Shown here piece after piece: positions 13,236 to 26,665 of a stretch of DNA of 64,000 nt. The first letter of the stretch is position 1. Each line of letters begins with the position of its first letter. This DNA is from Vicugna vicugna. Taxonomy: Eukaryota. The position numbers were made by a program, and so were the translations under genes. The stretch is from the NCBI GenBank assembly GCA_013265495.1, contig MU058824.1, positions 930,001-994,000 of the forward strand, read 5' to 3'. The notes under the pieces are model-generated. The model saw only the letters and a program-made list of their open reading frames with translations, did no database searches and had not been told where the DNA came from.

Positions 13236-14429
13236 GTGTTTTTCAAATGGAACAGAGCAGAGACATTTTTGAATCAAGACCTGTGAATGGCTATATCTCT
13301 GAGTGGAAAGGAATTAATTACTGCATGTCAGAAATCAGCATGGGGCCAGAGCTATTAAACATACTAATGGCTTGGATGGAAGGAGAGCTGCAAAGCAGGC
13401 TGCGAGCCTCTCCCTGTCCAATGGTGATTTAAGTGGGTTACTTACAGCCCAAAATGACAGAGTGAAGAAAGCCAGACGGCCTTCAGTGTCAGGGAAGGGA
13501 GTAGCCGTGGTGTCAGCAGACAGAACTGGATCTGGTTGTAGTCTGTCTGCAATGCTCACCCGACTCCTTGGCCCTCATTTTGAAGACTAGATAGGGAGCA
13601 GAAGGCCTGGGAAGGGCCTTCAAAAGCAGCATCCTTTCATGGCCAGGCCTGGAAAGACCACACCTAACGGCTTTTCCAGCGAATACCTCAGCAACAGCCT
13701 GTGCTCAGGATTCCTCTCCAGCATGGCTTTCCTCTTTGGTTTTGCTCCACTGACTTCTGGCTTCTGCTTCTGCTCTCCTACGTCCCCGACTGCATTGCTT
13801 TCTTCAAAGCACATATTCCGTACTAAAATCATTTTTCTCTAGACCTTTTTTTCATGCTGTATGGCAGTTCCATCGCTGCATGAGTTTTTCACCTTTAAAC
13901 TGTTTTTCATCGTGCTGTGTTTTCTGAAAGTGGACCTTGGTTATTCTATGGGCAAGAAATATAATGCTACTACTTGACAGTTATCACCTGCTTCCCCGTG
14001 TTTTAAGACAAATCTCTGAGTAATCCTGACAGGTAGGAGGGCAAGATCGTGTGGACAAAGCCCAGATTTGAGAAGAGATTTGTCTGAGGGGCACAGTGAA
14101 TCAGCATCAGATCTGCAAATCCATACCGGTGATCTGGGCTGAGCCTCAGAACTTCACCCTTGGGGACCTTGATGGTTCTTGGGAGTCCAGAACCCTGATG
14201 AGCAAGCGCCTCTGTTGCAGCCCCATGCTGGGGTACCAAGATAACTGATCCATACCTAGTCTCTCAGCAAGTTCGCTCCAGGAGTGATTTTTATGTTATT
14301 TCCTGTATACAAAATGAGAGATGGACAAAGAGAAACTGTTAACCATGGTCAGGCTGTTGGTCAGGGAAGGCTTAACAGAGTATTGTGTTTGGGCAAGTGG
14401 GTTGTGGCCTCTCGGACTAGATGAATGTT

Positions 14430-14890
14430 GACGTCTTTAAAGAAGATCTGTTTTCCTGTCCTTCCTGGCACCCATTCCCACAAAACTTTCCCCTCTCCTA
14501 CTCCCAGATCACTCAATTTCATCCCCTGACCACAGGTATAGGCTCAGGTCAGGACCCACATTATTCCAATGATACTCAACTCTGGAGTTTTCTTAATTTT
14601 ATTGGAGGAAGAGTCTTTCCACAGGGGTAGCTGAGAAGCTGATGACCCTCTTGCTTCTGGGAGGGGAGAACCTGCCTGAGGGGAGCCCACAGAGGAGAAC
14701 AGAGCAGAGAGGAGGAGAGTATAAGACTGAGTCTTCAGGACACTGTCTGAACTCTGAATTCAGCCACCTCTGAAAGCAAATACCTTGAGTTTTATAGTCA
14801 TGTGAACCGAGAGATTCCTTTTCCTTTGTGTGTAAACCATTTTGAGTTGGGTTTCTGTCTCTTGCAATTCAAAGATCTTTGACTAATGCA
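14430..14890. mobile_element. Old MaLR (MLT1) LTR remnant
   Basis: 3' terminus ...TTTGAGTTGGGTTTCTGTCTCTTGCAATTCAAAGATCTTTGACTAATGCA is typical of old MLT1 LTRs. Confidence 0.55.
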
Positions 14891-15189
14891 GAGTCCTGTC
14901 CAAATCCAAGGCTGTGAGTCTTTGGCAGACTGCAGGGCATAAATGGTGTCCACACTGCTTTGGCACCCAGCTCCTCTGCCTTGCAGGTCCTGCTGCTCAG
15001 CATTCATGAAATGATTGGGTCCAGAATCATTCTTCTTTCAAAGCTGTTGATTTTTGCTTCTTGGTAGTGCCAGGTTCCAGACCAGCAGGACTTTCAGGGC
15101 AACTCCTGAAGGACTTCCTTTCAGGTGAGTGATCCAGCTGCAGGAAGTCTATGTGAAGGTTACAGAAGATAGCTAGGGAACCTCTACTT

Positions 15190-15668
15190 TATACCTTCCT
15201 AGAACAGTACCCCTCCTTCTTCTGGAAGGTAACCCCTTCCCTCACTGTAGCCTGTGGATTGAATGAGGGCTTCCAGCATCTTAGTGACCCAGCCACATAA
15301 CCAAAATGATTGGCCTGGAGTGGGCACCTGCCCAAGAATGAGGGAGAAAGAGGCCTCAGATCTTCACTAGCAGTGGAGATATCTAGAGATGGCTGTGACC
15401 ACATCCCTTGCACTGGGAAAGAAACAGCCTAAGGAGAGAGAGAATGAAGTGGCCACACGAACTTGACATGAGGGACGAGGGACACGGAGATGGGTCAGGT
15501 GAGATCAGGCAGTTTTCTACTCCCACATACCATTTGTTCTTGAGATCCCACTTTATCCCATGCACACCTCTTGATTAAATGAAGCTTCTAATAACTCCCC
15601 CTGTAAATAAGCAAGCCTATTTAGCTGGATTAGGTGTCCGTCATTTTGAACCCAAAGGACTTTATACA
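15190..15668. mobile_element. Old MaLR (MLT1) LTR remnant
   Basis: CACATAACCAAAATGATTGG...GGGCACCTGCCCAAG...TTTAGCTGGATTAGGTGTCCGTCATTTTGAACCCAAAG. Confidence 0.45.
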
Positions 15669-15727
15669 GCTGCCGAACTCCCCAATGCCACCTAGGCTAC
15701 ATTTAGCTAACTAGCCACCCGTTAGGT

Positions 15728-15893
15728 CAGTGGTTCACAGCCCTGGCTCACATTAGAATTACCACGGGGGCTTTTAAAACACAATGGTACTCCAGCCCAG
15801 CTCCTGAGACTTTTACTTAACTAGACCAAGCAAAGATGTGTTTTTAATCTCCCCAGGTGATTTTTAACATGTGTCTAGGCTTGCAAACCACTG
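15728..15893. mobile_element. MER5A-type DNA transposon
   Basis: CAGTGGTTC...CACATTAGAATTACC...CTCCCCAGGTGATTTTTAA...TTGCAAACCACTG, with terminal inverted CAGTGGTT/AACCACTG. Confidence 0.75.
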
Positions 15894-18854
15894 TAAAGAT
15901 GACCAATTCACTCTACTTGCCTATGGAATGGGACATGTGGCAATAAGACTGTGGTCCTTATTTGATAGTCTTGGCATCTGAAGGGCTTGGTGCCAGGCCC
16001 ATCTTGGTCACCAACTCTGTGAGTGTAGGCAAGTCTATTGACCAAGCCTCAGGGTTCCCACTTCTCAGATGGACTAATAACTGTTGCTCTGACCTCCTCA
16101 CAAAGGTCTCATAGGGACCAGATGTGAAGGAACCTAGAGCTCTAGGAATCCAAAACCTCCTAGAACAGAGACTGCACATCCACTTCACACACTCCTCACG
16201 TGGAAGGGGATGTTGTGGAGTCTTTGTATCTTTACTGGAGTCAGGACTGAAGCCTCGGGAGGGAGAGGGCAGGTTCACCTCAGCAGAGGAACACAGCAGA
16301 AAATGGGTCTCTAACCTGCAATTGACACAGAGTATCTGTGTCCTCATTTCCCACCCCACCCCCTGCCTACCCCACCCCCACTCTACCTCACCCCCATCAA
16401 AGTTCCTGTAGAAACACCTCCAAGATTCCTTGTCAACAGCCAGCCACCCATCAAGGCTACTTAATGATCAAATCAGCCTTTCTAGGCCTTTTCCTAAAGA
16501 ATTTTAATCTCTGTCCTTGTTCTCCCCTGGATTTTTTTCCACCACTCTTTGGCTTAATAAATGCCTTTCCAGAAGGCTTCAACCCAGCTGGAAGTACACT
16601 TGAACAGCAATTCTAAGTCCTTATTAGCTCTATAGTGATCAGGTGAAGGAATAATTGATCTCAATCAGGAACACCTGGTTTCATAATTGCACAAATGATT
16701 ATAATTCAATAATAAAAGTCAATTTAACTAACTTAATTCAGATTGCTTTAACCTCTCACAGACAGTTAAGAAGTGAAGAAGCAAACGGGGGGAAAAGGAA
16801 AAAGAAAAGAAAAAAGAAAAACAAAGCTCTGTCTAAACTGCCTGACCCAATAGGGCCCAAACATAATTGCCTCACTTCCCCTACCATAGCATATGTTTTT
16901 CCTTCTGGGCCTTTGTTCACTGTATTCTTTCTTTGTAGAATGTCCTTTCTCCGTTTCTACACTTCCGAACTCTATCCATTTTTTTCCAGATCAAGCTCAA
17001 ATAATACCTCCTTTACCTCTATAAAGTTTTGTAAAGCTTTGGGGTACTCAGAGTTGGGAAGATATCCAATTCCTCTGATGGGCTTGAGCAAGATGGTGAC
17101 CAAGGGAAGGAATGTAATAACCATTGAGCAGCTACTGCAGGTCAGTCTGGCATTTTATGTATTTCTCACGGAGCTCAGGAGTTTGCTCAGAATCAACTAG
17201 CTAGAGAGCAAGCAGAGGCAGAATTTGAACTCAAATCTTCCTGATTTCAGATCCAGGTGGGGACTAATGGCCACCAACAATATTACTGGAACTTCATTTA
17301 TATCCCCAAGCTGCTGAGGCCTGAGAATGTTTGAGCTCTAAGATACCCTCAAGAATATAAAATAACCTCATGCTTCAAAGAATGCTGCACATTGGATGAT
17401 TATTGGAAATACAAAATAAATTGAAAGTGTCCGAAATAGGTCACCTTTACAATGTAGAAAAAAAGAAAAAAGTCAGTGAATGGATTCATTATCATCAGGT
17501 CAGTTGACCATGGAGCCACGTTCGTCCTCAACCACTCACGAGTGTTTCCTCGGTCAAGGCTCTTGAATAGGCAGAACGAGGGACCCAGGAAACAGGCACT
17601 CCCATCTGGTCTCTGCATTGCCAAGAAGAGGTCCAGCTGCTCGTGGCAACCTCCCCCTGGGGCTGGAAGAGCTGAGGCTGGGCCGGGGCTGCCTCCCTAT
17701 GACGACAGAGAGCAAATGAAAGCAGTCAGGATGCGGGAGGGGACGCAGGACTCAGCTCCCGATGACGCTGGCTGACCCTCCTCGTGCACTGGACTCGGCA
17801 GAGACCCAGCATACAGGCTAGGAGAGAATTCCTTGCTCCTGGAAACCCTCGGCCTGGGGAGGGAAGGGGGGTCAGTTGTCTAAGCCTCTGGCTACAAAGA
17901 CCCTTAGGGATTATCAAGTCCAACCCTCTCATTTCCCAGAGCAAGTTGCTGGGGCCCAGAGAGGAGAAGGAATTTGTTCACTGTCACTGGGAATATCAGT
18001 GACGCAGGCTCCCTGTGCTGGGTTCAGTGTAGGACACTGAACCCTGACAAGGGATTCTGGGTTTCCACTGGGTTCATCATAAAAATCAAAATAATCGCAT
18101 TGCTCAGTATTTTCCAGCCACTGGAAAAGTCGACTTTGTTAAATCCACGAAGTATAAACATTTGCTAATCAAAGTATTTACCCAAGTGATACTCAATTAA
18201 AGCAATATTAAGGGAAATAAAATATGTACATGCTACTGACCACCTACGCAGGATTTATATCAGATTCTCTTAAATGAGAATTAAATCAATGGCAGTTCTT
18301 ACTGGCTGGGATTTGAACAGCAGGAAATTAGCAGAAGCCTTTAGAAGGATTTGACAGGCACCAGGAAAGGATTAGAACCAAGAACCAGGAGACCTGCCTC
18401 CTCCCTCACCTCTGCCTCTCAAAGGGCCCATTGACCTTGGGCAAGTCCTCCAGCCTCTCTGAACCTCAGTTTCTTCATCCCTGAAGTGGTTCTACTCCCT
18501 CCCTAGTCCAACTGACTCACCCCTAACCAGATTTGTTGCAAGGATAACATGAGGTGGCCCTTTACACATTTGATGCAAATTGCAGTGTTTTCTAGCTACC
18601 TTCAATCTGAGCTGGTGGTCGACTATAGGAAGGAGAGTGGCTGAGCAGAGCAGGTCAGAGGAGGCAGAGGGTAGGAAAGGGGACTGGAGACCAAGTTCTT
18701 GTCAGAACACTTGCTATCTATCTGCAGCTGGCCAGATTGAGCTGCAGGCTCTGACTGTTCCTAACCATGTGGCCTTGGGCAAGTCATGTGGGTTCTCTGA
18801 GCATGTAAAGTGAGGAGAAAAGTACCCAGCTTTCAGGGTGATCATGAATATTAA

Positions 18855-19110
18855 TAATACAGCTGGCATTGATTGAGTATTTTTTATAATACTTCAGGTG
18901 CTATTCTAGGTGCTGAGCCTATATTAACTCATTTAAGCCTCACAACAACCCCGAGTCAGATATTGTTACTGTCCTCATTTTACTGATGAGAACATGCAGG
19001 CAAAAAGGTGCTAAATAACTTGCTCAAGATCACACAGCTACTGAGTGATAGTCAGGCTTTGCATCTAGGCATTCTGGCTCCAGAGTCTGTATACTTTACC
19101 TCTGTGTCAA
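18855..19110 (-). mobile_element. MIR SINE
   Basis: TTAACTCATTTAAGCCTCACAACAACCC...CATTTTACTGATGAG...TAACTTGCTCAAGATCACACAGCTA. Confidence 0.8.
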
Positions 19111-19111
19111 G

Positions 19112-19547
19112 TGTACTAGTTTCCTGTGGCTGCTGTAACAAATTACCACAGGCTTAGTGGCGTAAAACAATAGAGATGTATTATCTTACAATTCTGAAGG
19201 TCAGAAGTTCTAGAATCAAGGTATTGGCAGGGCTGCTTTACTTCTGGAGGCTTTAAGGGGAAATCTTTTTCCTTACCTTTTCCAGTTTCTAGAGGCCACC
19301 TGCAATTCCTTGGCTCTTGGTCCTTTTCTCAACATCACTCTGACCTCTGCTTCTGTTGTCACGCTTCCTTCTCTCTGACCCCTTTGCCTCCCTTTTATCA
19401 CCCATGTGATAATCCAGTGTAATCTCCTCACTTCAAGATCCTTAATCACATCTACAAAGTCTCTTTTGCCATGGAAGGTAACATATTCACAGGTTGCAGA
19501 TGTTGGAATGTGGACAACTTTGGGGGACCAGTATCCCATCCAGCACA
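19112..19547. mobile_element. MaLR MLT1C/D-type solo LTR
   Basis: TGTACTAGTTTCCTGTGGCTGCTGTAACAAATTACCACAGGCTTAGTGG...TTGCCATGGAAGGTAACATATTCACAGGTT...CCAGCACA. Confidence 0.8.
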
Positions 19548-19734
19548 TGGGACCTCTTTCACAAATGAGAAAATGTAAAGTGCTTAGCCCAGAGCCAGAA
19601 CGTAGTAGGTCTGGATGCTGGTGATATTGAAGATGTGGCTAACTGGCAAAGACTGACTGGCCAGCATCACAGCTGTCAGGAACTGACTTGCAAGGAGCTC
19701 CGCTATGCACTGGGCCAGACGGTCCCTCTCACTT

Positions 19735-20180
19735 CATTTAGGTTGCCCCAGCAGCAGACCCTGAGAAAAGGATTCCAGTGAAAGTGGTTTATTTGTGCAG
19801 TAACCCCAGGAAACAGGGAAAGTAAGACGTGCAAAGAAAGACAGCAATGAAATGTGTTATCAAGCTACTTACCACTGTGGACACTTGGAGCTCTATCTTG
19901 CTGGGACTGGGGGTGACAGTGCAGAGCCTCCCCTCACAGTTCTTGCCCAGCGGGTGGCATTGCTGAGGTGTGGATACACCAGCTCCCTGCAGTCCTCATT
20001 GAGGGTTATTCCAGGGAGGGGGGCAGTAGAATTAATTCATCCTTCTGCACTCATGCATAGGGAGCAGGGGCTGGTGGCAGAGAGAGCCCACATGTGACGA
20101 TCTGCAGGTACTGACAGGTGGAAGTCAGGCTGCAGGCACGAAGGGCTGGGCTGGGGCACCAGCAGCTTCTGCTCCCCCAA
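19735..20180. mobile_element. ERVL LTR16-like solo LTR
   Basis: GCAGACCCTGAGAAAAGGATTCCAGTGAAAGTGGTTTATTTG...TTATCAAGCTACTTACCACTGTGG. Confidence 0.55.
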
Positions 20181-21488
20181 CCTTGAACCCACAGTCTTTA
20201 CTTCCTGTGGATGCTGGAGTAGCTGCAGTTCAGGAATCTCCCCAGCCCAGATAGTGTAGACAGGCCAGGAAATCAAGGAGTCAGCATCTGACCAAAGTGA
20301 AGGTAAGAGGAGTACCTGGCATTGACAGCTAGAAACTGAAGCTGGTAGAAGACACGTTCTGAATGTTGCTCCCCAGGGTTCACGGCAGGGCAGGACAGAC
20401 TGTATGCAGGGCATCCTGGGGTAGCGGTGGCCATACAGCTGATCCCCAGTGCCCCTCATGTTGCCACTCCTGGGAAGCTTTCATCCACTTTTTATTTTGA
20501 CTACTGTGTCATGTTGTCAATCTTTTGAGTAGTTTTTGTTATTTTATTAGGAAATTCTTTCCATTCCTAAGTGTTGTTTGGAGAGGTTCCTGGCTGTCTT
20601 TGGTGTGTTTTGTACCACTTCTAGGTACACCTTTCTCCCAGCAGTATGAAACAAGTATCTGTATAACTTGCCATCCACATATCCTCCCTCCTCCCCTTCC
20701 TCAGCCCACTGCAATCTGGCTTTTACCCGCCTCTCCGTGGAAACGGCACTCCCGAAGGTCACTAGTGGATTCTGAATTCCCAAACCTAATGACGTGTCTC
20801 CCTTACCCAGGCTGCAGTCAGCTTTTGATATTGTTACTTGCCTTTTCTCTTTCTCTCTCCCTCCCTCTCTTCACTGGTTTGCCATCTGCCTGGCTGCTTC
20901 TCAATCTCCTTCTCCGAGTCTTCTTCCTCTGGCTGTTCCTTGTGTTGGTTCCCCTGGAGGTTCGTCATTGGCTTTCTTCTCTTATACTCCTCACTCTCCT
21001 TGAGTGATCGCACCACATTCACAGTCCTCCCCTCCCCCATGGGTCAGTTCTACGTAAACCTCACACTCAGTAAGTCTCATTTTAACCTCATCTTCCCCCA
21101 AACCTAGCTCTTCCTCTAGCATGTCCCATCTAGGTGAATGATACCCCCCAAGCTCACATCATTGCACAAGACCCATGCCTCATGTAGTCACTCACCACAT
21201 CCCATCTCTGTTCTCATTACCAGCTCCTATATTCTCTGCTGCCCAGCTGTCTTAATCATGGTTCAGGTCATTAACACTGGGCCATGCAGGAGCTTCCCAA
21301 CGTGTTCTCCTGTAGCTAGGCTCAACCAGGACAATCCAGTCCCACAGTCCCGTCATTTCATGGAACAGGAAATCAGGCTGCAGAGAGGGATTTATAGGCT
21401 TAGCATCCAAGCCTCTTGGCTGGTGGTATAATAGATGTCAGAGCCTGACAAGCCTGCATTTAAAGCCTCACTCCACTCCTTGCTGACC

Positions 21489-21976
21489 TGTATTAGTTTC
21501 CACTTGCTGCTGTAATGAATTACCACCAACTAAATGGCTTAAAACAATACAGATTTATTATCTTACAGTTCTGGAGGTCAGAGGTCCAAGATGGGTCTTA
21601 TGGGACTAAACTCAAGCTATCAGCAGGGCTGTGTCCTTCTGGAGACTCTAGGGAAAAAGCTGTTCCTTCCCTTTGCCAGCTTCTTAAGGCTACCTACATT
21701 CCTTGTCTTGTGGCTTCCTTCCAGCAGTAGTATCACTCTGACCTCTGCTTCCATGGTAAATTTTCCTTCTCTGACTCTGACCCTTATGTCTCCCTCTTAC
21801 AGGACCTTGTGATTACATTGGTCCATTGCAGATAATCCAGGATGGCTTCTTCATCTCAAGGTCCTTAATTTAATCTCATCTGCAAGGCACCTTTTGCTTA
21901 GTGTAAAGTAACTTATTCACAGGTTTGGGGGATTAGGGTGTGAATAATTTGGGGGGATTATTATTCAGCCTACCAT
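21489..21976. mobile_element. MaLR MLT1C-type solo LTR inserted in a MIR
   Basis: TGTATTAGTTTCC...TGGCTTAAAACAATACAGATTTATTATCTTACAGTTCTGGAGGTCAGAGGTCC...ATTATTCAGCCTACCATA; MIR text resumes at ~21980. Confidence 0.8.
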
Positions 21977-24900
21977 ACTAACTGTGACACCACCACCCTC
22001 TAAAGTTACTTGACCTCTCTGAGATTTTGGTCCCTCATCTGTAGAATTGGAAGTGATATTTCCCACCCTGTGGGGATGTAGTTTAGCAAACAAGAAAATG
22101 CATCTTAAGCAACTAAAAACTGTAGATGTTCAACAAATATCTACCATGAGAAACAGAGGGAACCTTGGTAGGCTGGCAGGTTGGGTGGGCCAAGGCATCT
22201 AGGAGATGTTCCTGAGCGGCCTCCATTTCCTCAGGGCTGCTGGGGGCAGACTCTTCCACATGGCCCTGCCTCTCCACCCTGGTCCTCATCAGTGCTGGCT
22301 GGGCCTGGGGCAGGACCTGCCAGCCTCCCTCTGAACTCCAAGTTTCAGGCATCTTCTCTAGAATTTGAACTGTTCATTTGTCATAGGCAAGGGATGCCGT
22401 GCTGGCCTGAATCATTGGGACCACTCTCTCCCCCAGGCCTGGGCTCAAGACAGCTTGCCTGCTGACTTAGGATAGAGGTAGAGGAAGAATGGGAATAATC
22501 TTTAAAAACTGTATTTCAACTCTTATTTTGAAAATACTAAGTGAATCTGCTACTTCAAAAATATCTATCATGTTGTTATTTATAATATGGTACTCTCTGG
22601 AGAGCAAAGTTACATCTGTGACACAGTGGAAAGAGCAGAATTCAAATGCCAGTTCTGTCTTTTACAGGCTAAAGTGGACACAGCCCATGTAGTCATATAC
22701 CTCAAGTGAAACTGACCGCTTCCCATGGCAGTCCAGAGTAGTCTAGAATAACCTCATTTCTCATCCAATTAAGTGGTTCAGATGACTCGTGAGATGGAAG
22801 GCATCATTGATGGCAAGAGTAGGGGCTTGCTCCTGATGAAGTATTCCAGCTATCCAGAGAGACCCCCAGCAAGCTATGTTCTCTGTTTTCTTCTGGTGTG
22901 ATTATGTCTGGATGAGAAGTCTGGCACTCCTGCACCTGTCTTGTTACCAGCCTAAGGACAAAGCCAACCCAAGGATGACAGAGAAGTAGAGCAAATACAT
23001 GTCCTTAATGATATCCTTGAGCTGCTGAATCAAGCAAACTTACTTGAAACCTGATTTAACCTAGACTTTGATTATATTAAAGAATAAATCCCTTTTCTTG
23101 TTTAAGCCAGTTTTCCATTATTTGCTACCCAAAGCATCTGAAGTGATATATTAGCTGTGTGACCTTGGCTAAGCCACTTAACCTCTCTGAGCTTTATAAT
23201 AATCCACCCAAGCATATACTCTCGATGTGGATCAAATAAGAAAGTACATATGCAAGCACTTTTCAAACTAACTATATAGTGCTGGACAATTTAGACTATT
23301 GTTTTTTTTAAGCTTTAATAAATGTGCATTGGCCAAATTGGATCTGTTTAACAAAACTCTTTTCATCATTGATTTGTTCAAATTTCAGCTCTACTTTGAC
23401 CAAGTAGATCTAGGTTCATTTTTTTGGAGCCACGGTAGCATCAGAACCATGTACCTCCCTCCCTTTATCCTGTTGAGGTCCAAATGGATCCCCTACAAAG
23501 AAACAGAAGTGGTCCAAAGTTTGAGTCAGGTGAAAAGTGCCCAGGGAAGGAGAAACAAAGTTTTCCCAGCCTCTCCTGGAAAATCAGAGCCCAGGAACAC
23601 CTGAGAAGTCTCGGTAGTCCAAAGCACGCAGGTGCCCAGGTGCCTGAAGCTTACTCTGCTGCCTTCTGTCATCTGTGCTTCTCAGTCGATACATTTGTCT
23701 GGGGGAAATTGTAGTTCTGAGGGTTTCCAAATAGTGCCTGGACCATCTGTTACCCCTGAATATCTCCTCTTCTTTAGCATAAGGAAACTCTAGTTGATGA
23801 ACCTTTGCCCTTATCCTATTTACTTTTTCTGTGAAGAAGTAGGGATGGGGACAGACTGTGGCTTCTGTGTTCCTTTGTAGTCTGCACCCCTCAACATGAT
23901 GCACAGACAAAACAGAAAGGGCTCAGAGCCCCAAGAGGCAAGGACACAGTGATGCTGGAGGGAACTCATCCTACTTGGGGGTGGCTTCCAGCTGGTCCCT
24001 GAAAGATGGAGAAATTGGGATACTGGGAGACCAGGCAGAGGACAAGCCTGCAGGTAGAGGAACCAGTATGAGGGTGAGGAGGTAGGACTGCTGGAGTGGA
24101 TGAGGGCATTGGTTAACCAGCACTGAGCTGTTGACTGCACCAATCTGTGATCGTTTTCCTTCAGGCCACAGTGAAGGTGAGAAAAATAAGGGCAAGAGCA
24201 AGTTTTGAATAAAGCTAATGAATTCAACTTAAAGTTTTGTTTTTATTCTGGTATGATATCCTTCTTAGGTTTCGGGTGCTAAAGCGCCATTCCTTCTATA
24301 AAATGATTGTCATCACTAGCATCTGGGGAAGTCATGGGTACTGGTCATAAGTATTCTAACTCTCATCTTCTGGTCATGTGGGAGAATTAATCTTCCTAGT
24401 CCCCATTTCAGTTAGATCTGGACAAGTGACTTGTATTCATCACTCAAATGTAAGTAGAAAGCACATGTCACTTCCAGGAAGAATTTGTGAGAGTCTGACA
24501 ATTTCACTTTCCTGCTCAGAGACTATGGAAACATGTGTCAAGACATAGCCGCTGTCAACCTGGCTCCCCCAGTGACCATGACCCTGTCAACCTCACTGGG
24601 CACATAGTGTGAGTGAAAAATAAACTTTGGCTGTGAGACTTGAGGAGTTGTTCCTGCAGCTCAGTCTGACTAAGAGAGTAGCTGTTTATTTTTTTCCTAT
24701 CTTTATTTAGAAAAATGAAATACTGCCAATCTTGTGTTGGTATTCTTTGGGGGGGGCATTTAACAGCCCCAGGAAATGGAACCCCTTCGACATTCTGACA
24801 CTCTGATAACTGGAGCGTGGGAGGCATCCAGTTTGACCAGAACAACAGTTCTCAGTTCAGGGGCCACAATATAGGGCCCCTCAGCGCCAATTCAACCAGA

Positions 24901-25529
24901 GTCACACCTTTGGTATCTGTGTAATGAGTAAACAAATGAGTATACCACGCTCCTGCGTAGGATTTCAGCATGGAGAAAGGGTTTCATACCTGAAAAAGTT
25001 AAAAGTGAGGTGGCAGAGACTCTGCTAGGCTCTGGAAATACAATTATGAACAAGACAGACACAGACTTCTTATTTATTTACATCTCGTCTCGGTTTTCAG
25101 TTTTGTAGGATGTGAGAGAGGCAGCAGGGTGAACAAAAGACAAGTAAATGAACAGATAAAATAATTAAAACAAAGAGAAGCACTAGGTGGATAAGATATG
25201 GAGGCTGAGGTAGAGAATAGCAGCAGAAGGGGGACCACTTGAAGGAGAGTGACCCAGCAAACCTCTTCTCAAGAAGTCATGTTTAAATTGCAACCTGGAG
25301 GAGAAGCAAAAGGAAAGGAGTGGAGAGAGGGCATTCCAGGAAGCCACACTGGGCGGGGTATCAGGCAGAAAGGTGTGCCACAAGCTCAAGGGCAGAAGAC
25401 CTGCATAGTTGGAGGGCAGGGCTGAGAAGGAGAGAGGCAGGAAGTATGTTGCAGGGGTCAGCAGGACCTGACACGCAGGGCCCTACAGACCATAGGAGAG
25501 GTGAGCAAAGGAGGGCAGCCGTGGTGGAG

Positions 25530-26665
25530 CTGCCTATCCCACATCGCCATTGGATAAACACTCAAACTTAACACATTCCAAGCAGAAATCTTGGTGCCTG
25601 CTCACTCACTCCCCGAATCTGCCTCATCTTCCCCGTCTCATAAATGCCAGTTCTGCTCTCCAAGATGCTCAGGTCAAAAACCAGAGTCTCAAGTTTTACT
25701 CTACAACCAGTCCATGAGGAAATCCTAGTGCCTCTGCCTTCAGAATGTACCCCAAATCAGACTTCTCATCACCATGTGGCTATTGACCTGATCCAAGGCA
25801 CCAGCATCTCTTACCTGAGCTGGTGCAGGAGCTTCTTAACTGTCCTCTCTACTTCTACCCTTGACCTGACATCCTTCTCTCTACACAGCAGTCAGAGATC
25901 CTTCAAAACACAATCAGACCATTTTCTGCCCAAAACCTCCAATGGCTTCACACCTCACTCAGGACAAAACCAAGGTCCAGGCCAGTGTGATCTGGCCCCT
26001 CACTATCTCTCTCATCCCATCTCTACCGCTCTTCTCCTTACGTCAACTCCACAGCCTTCTTGATATTTTTGTGGCACGACCTTTATACTCACTGCTTCTC
26101 CTCTGGACCCCTTCCTCGGTTGTCTGTCTCTTGTGATTTGCTCTTCCTTCACTGAGATCTCTCCTCAATGGTCACGTTATCGGACTGCCCATCTAGGGAC
26201 TCTCCTTTCTATCATTTCCATATTCATGCTTGTTCATTTTTCTTCATGAAATGAATCATCACCTGACATATTATCTATTTATTTTTCTAGGTCATAGGTT
26301 GGCAAACTTTTTCTATAAAGAGGCCAGATGGTAAATATTTTAGGCTTTGCAGGCCATACGGTCTCTCATCACAACTGCTCAACTCTGCCGTTGTCGTGTG
26401 AAAGCAGCAATAGACAGTACATAAATAAAAGAGCATGGCTGTGTTCCAATAAAACTTTATTTACAAAAACAGGTGGCATGCTGGATTTGATCTATGACCA
26501 CCGTCCGCAGACCCTTGGTTGAGGCACTAGCTGTCTGCTTCTCTACAAAATGCAAGCTCCAGGAGAGCAAGGGTTTTGTCTTTTTTGTTCAGTACTTTCT
26601 GCAGCATATACGAAAGTGCCTGGTGTGTGGTAGTCCATAATTAATTGATTTATTGATTGATTAAT
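25530..26665 (+). mobile_element. L2 LINE 3' remnant interrupted by MER58A
   Basis: Pyrimidine-rich L2 text (CTACACAGCAGTCAGAGATCCTTCAAAACACAATCAGACCAT...GCAAGCTCCAGGAGAGCAAGG...AGTGCCTGG). Confidence 0.65.
26294..26517. mobile_element. MER58A hAT-Charlie DNA transposon
   Basis: GGTTGGCAAACTTTTTCTATAAAGAGGCCAGATGGTAAATATTTTAGGCTTTGCAGGCCATACGGTCTCT...GTTCCAATAAAACTTTATTTACAAAAACAGGTGG. Confidence 0.85.

Noticed and set aside
13372..13590. 72-aa ATG ORF with protein-like composition
   Set aside because: I recognise no homology and see no convincing splice or promoter context. The length is within chance expectation.
16655..17200. 181-aa ORF with a poly-Lys NLS-like run
   Set aside because: It has a non-ATG start, the K run comes from an A-rich simple repeat, and it runs through L2/MIR relics.
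20525..21007. 160-aa hydrophobic ORF resembling a membrane protein
   Set aside because: It is the translation of CT-rich L2 sequence, and overlapping frames are equally open.
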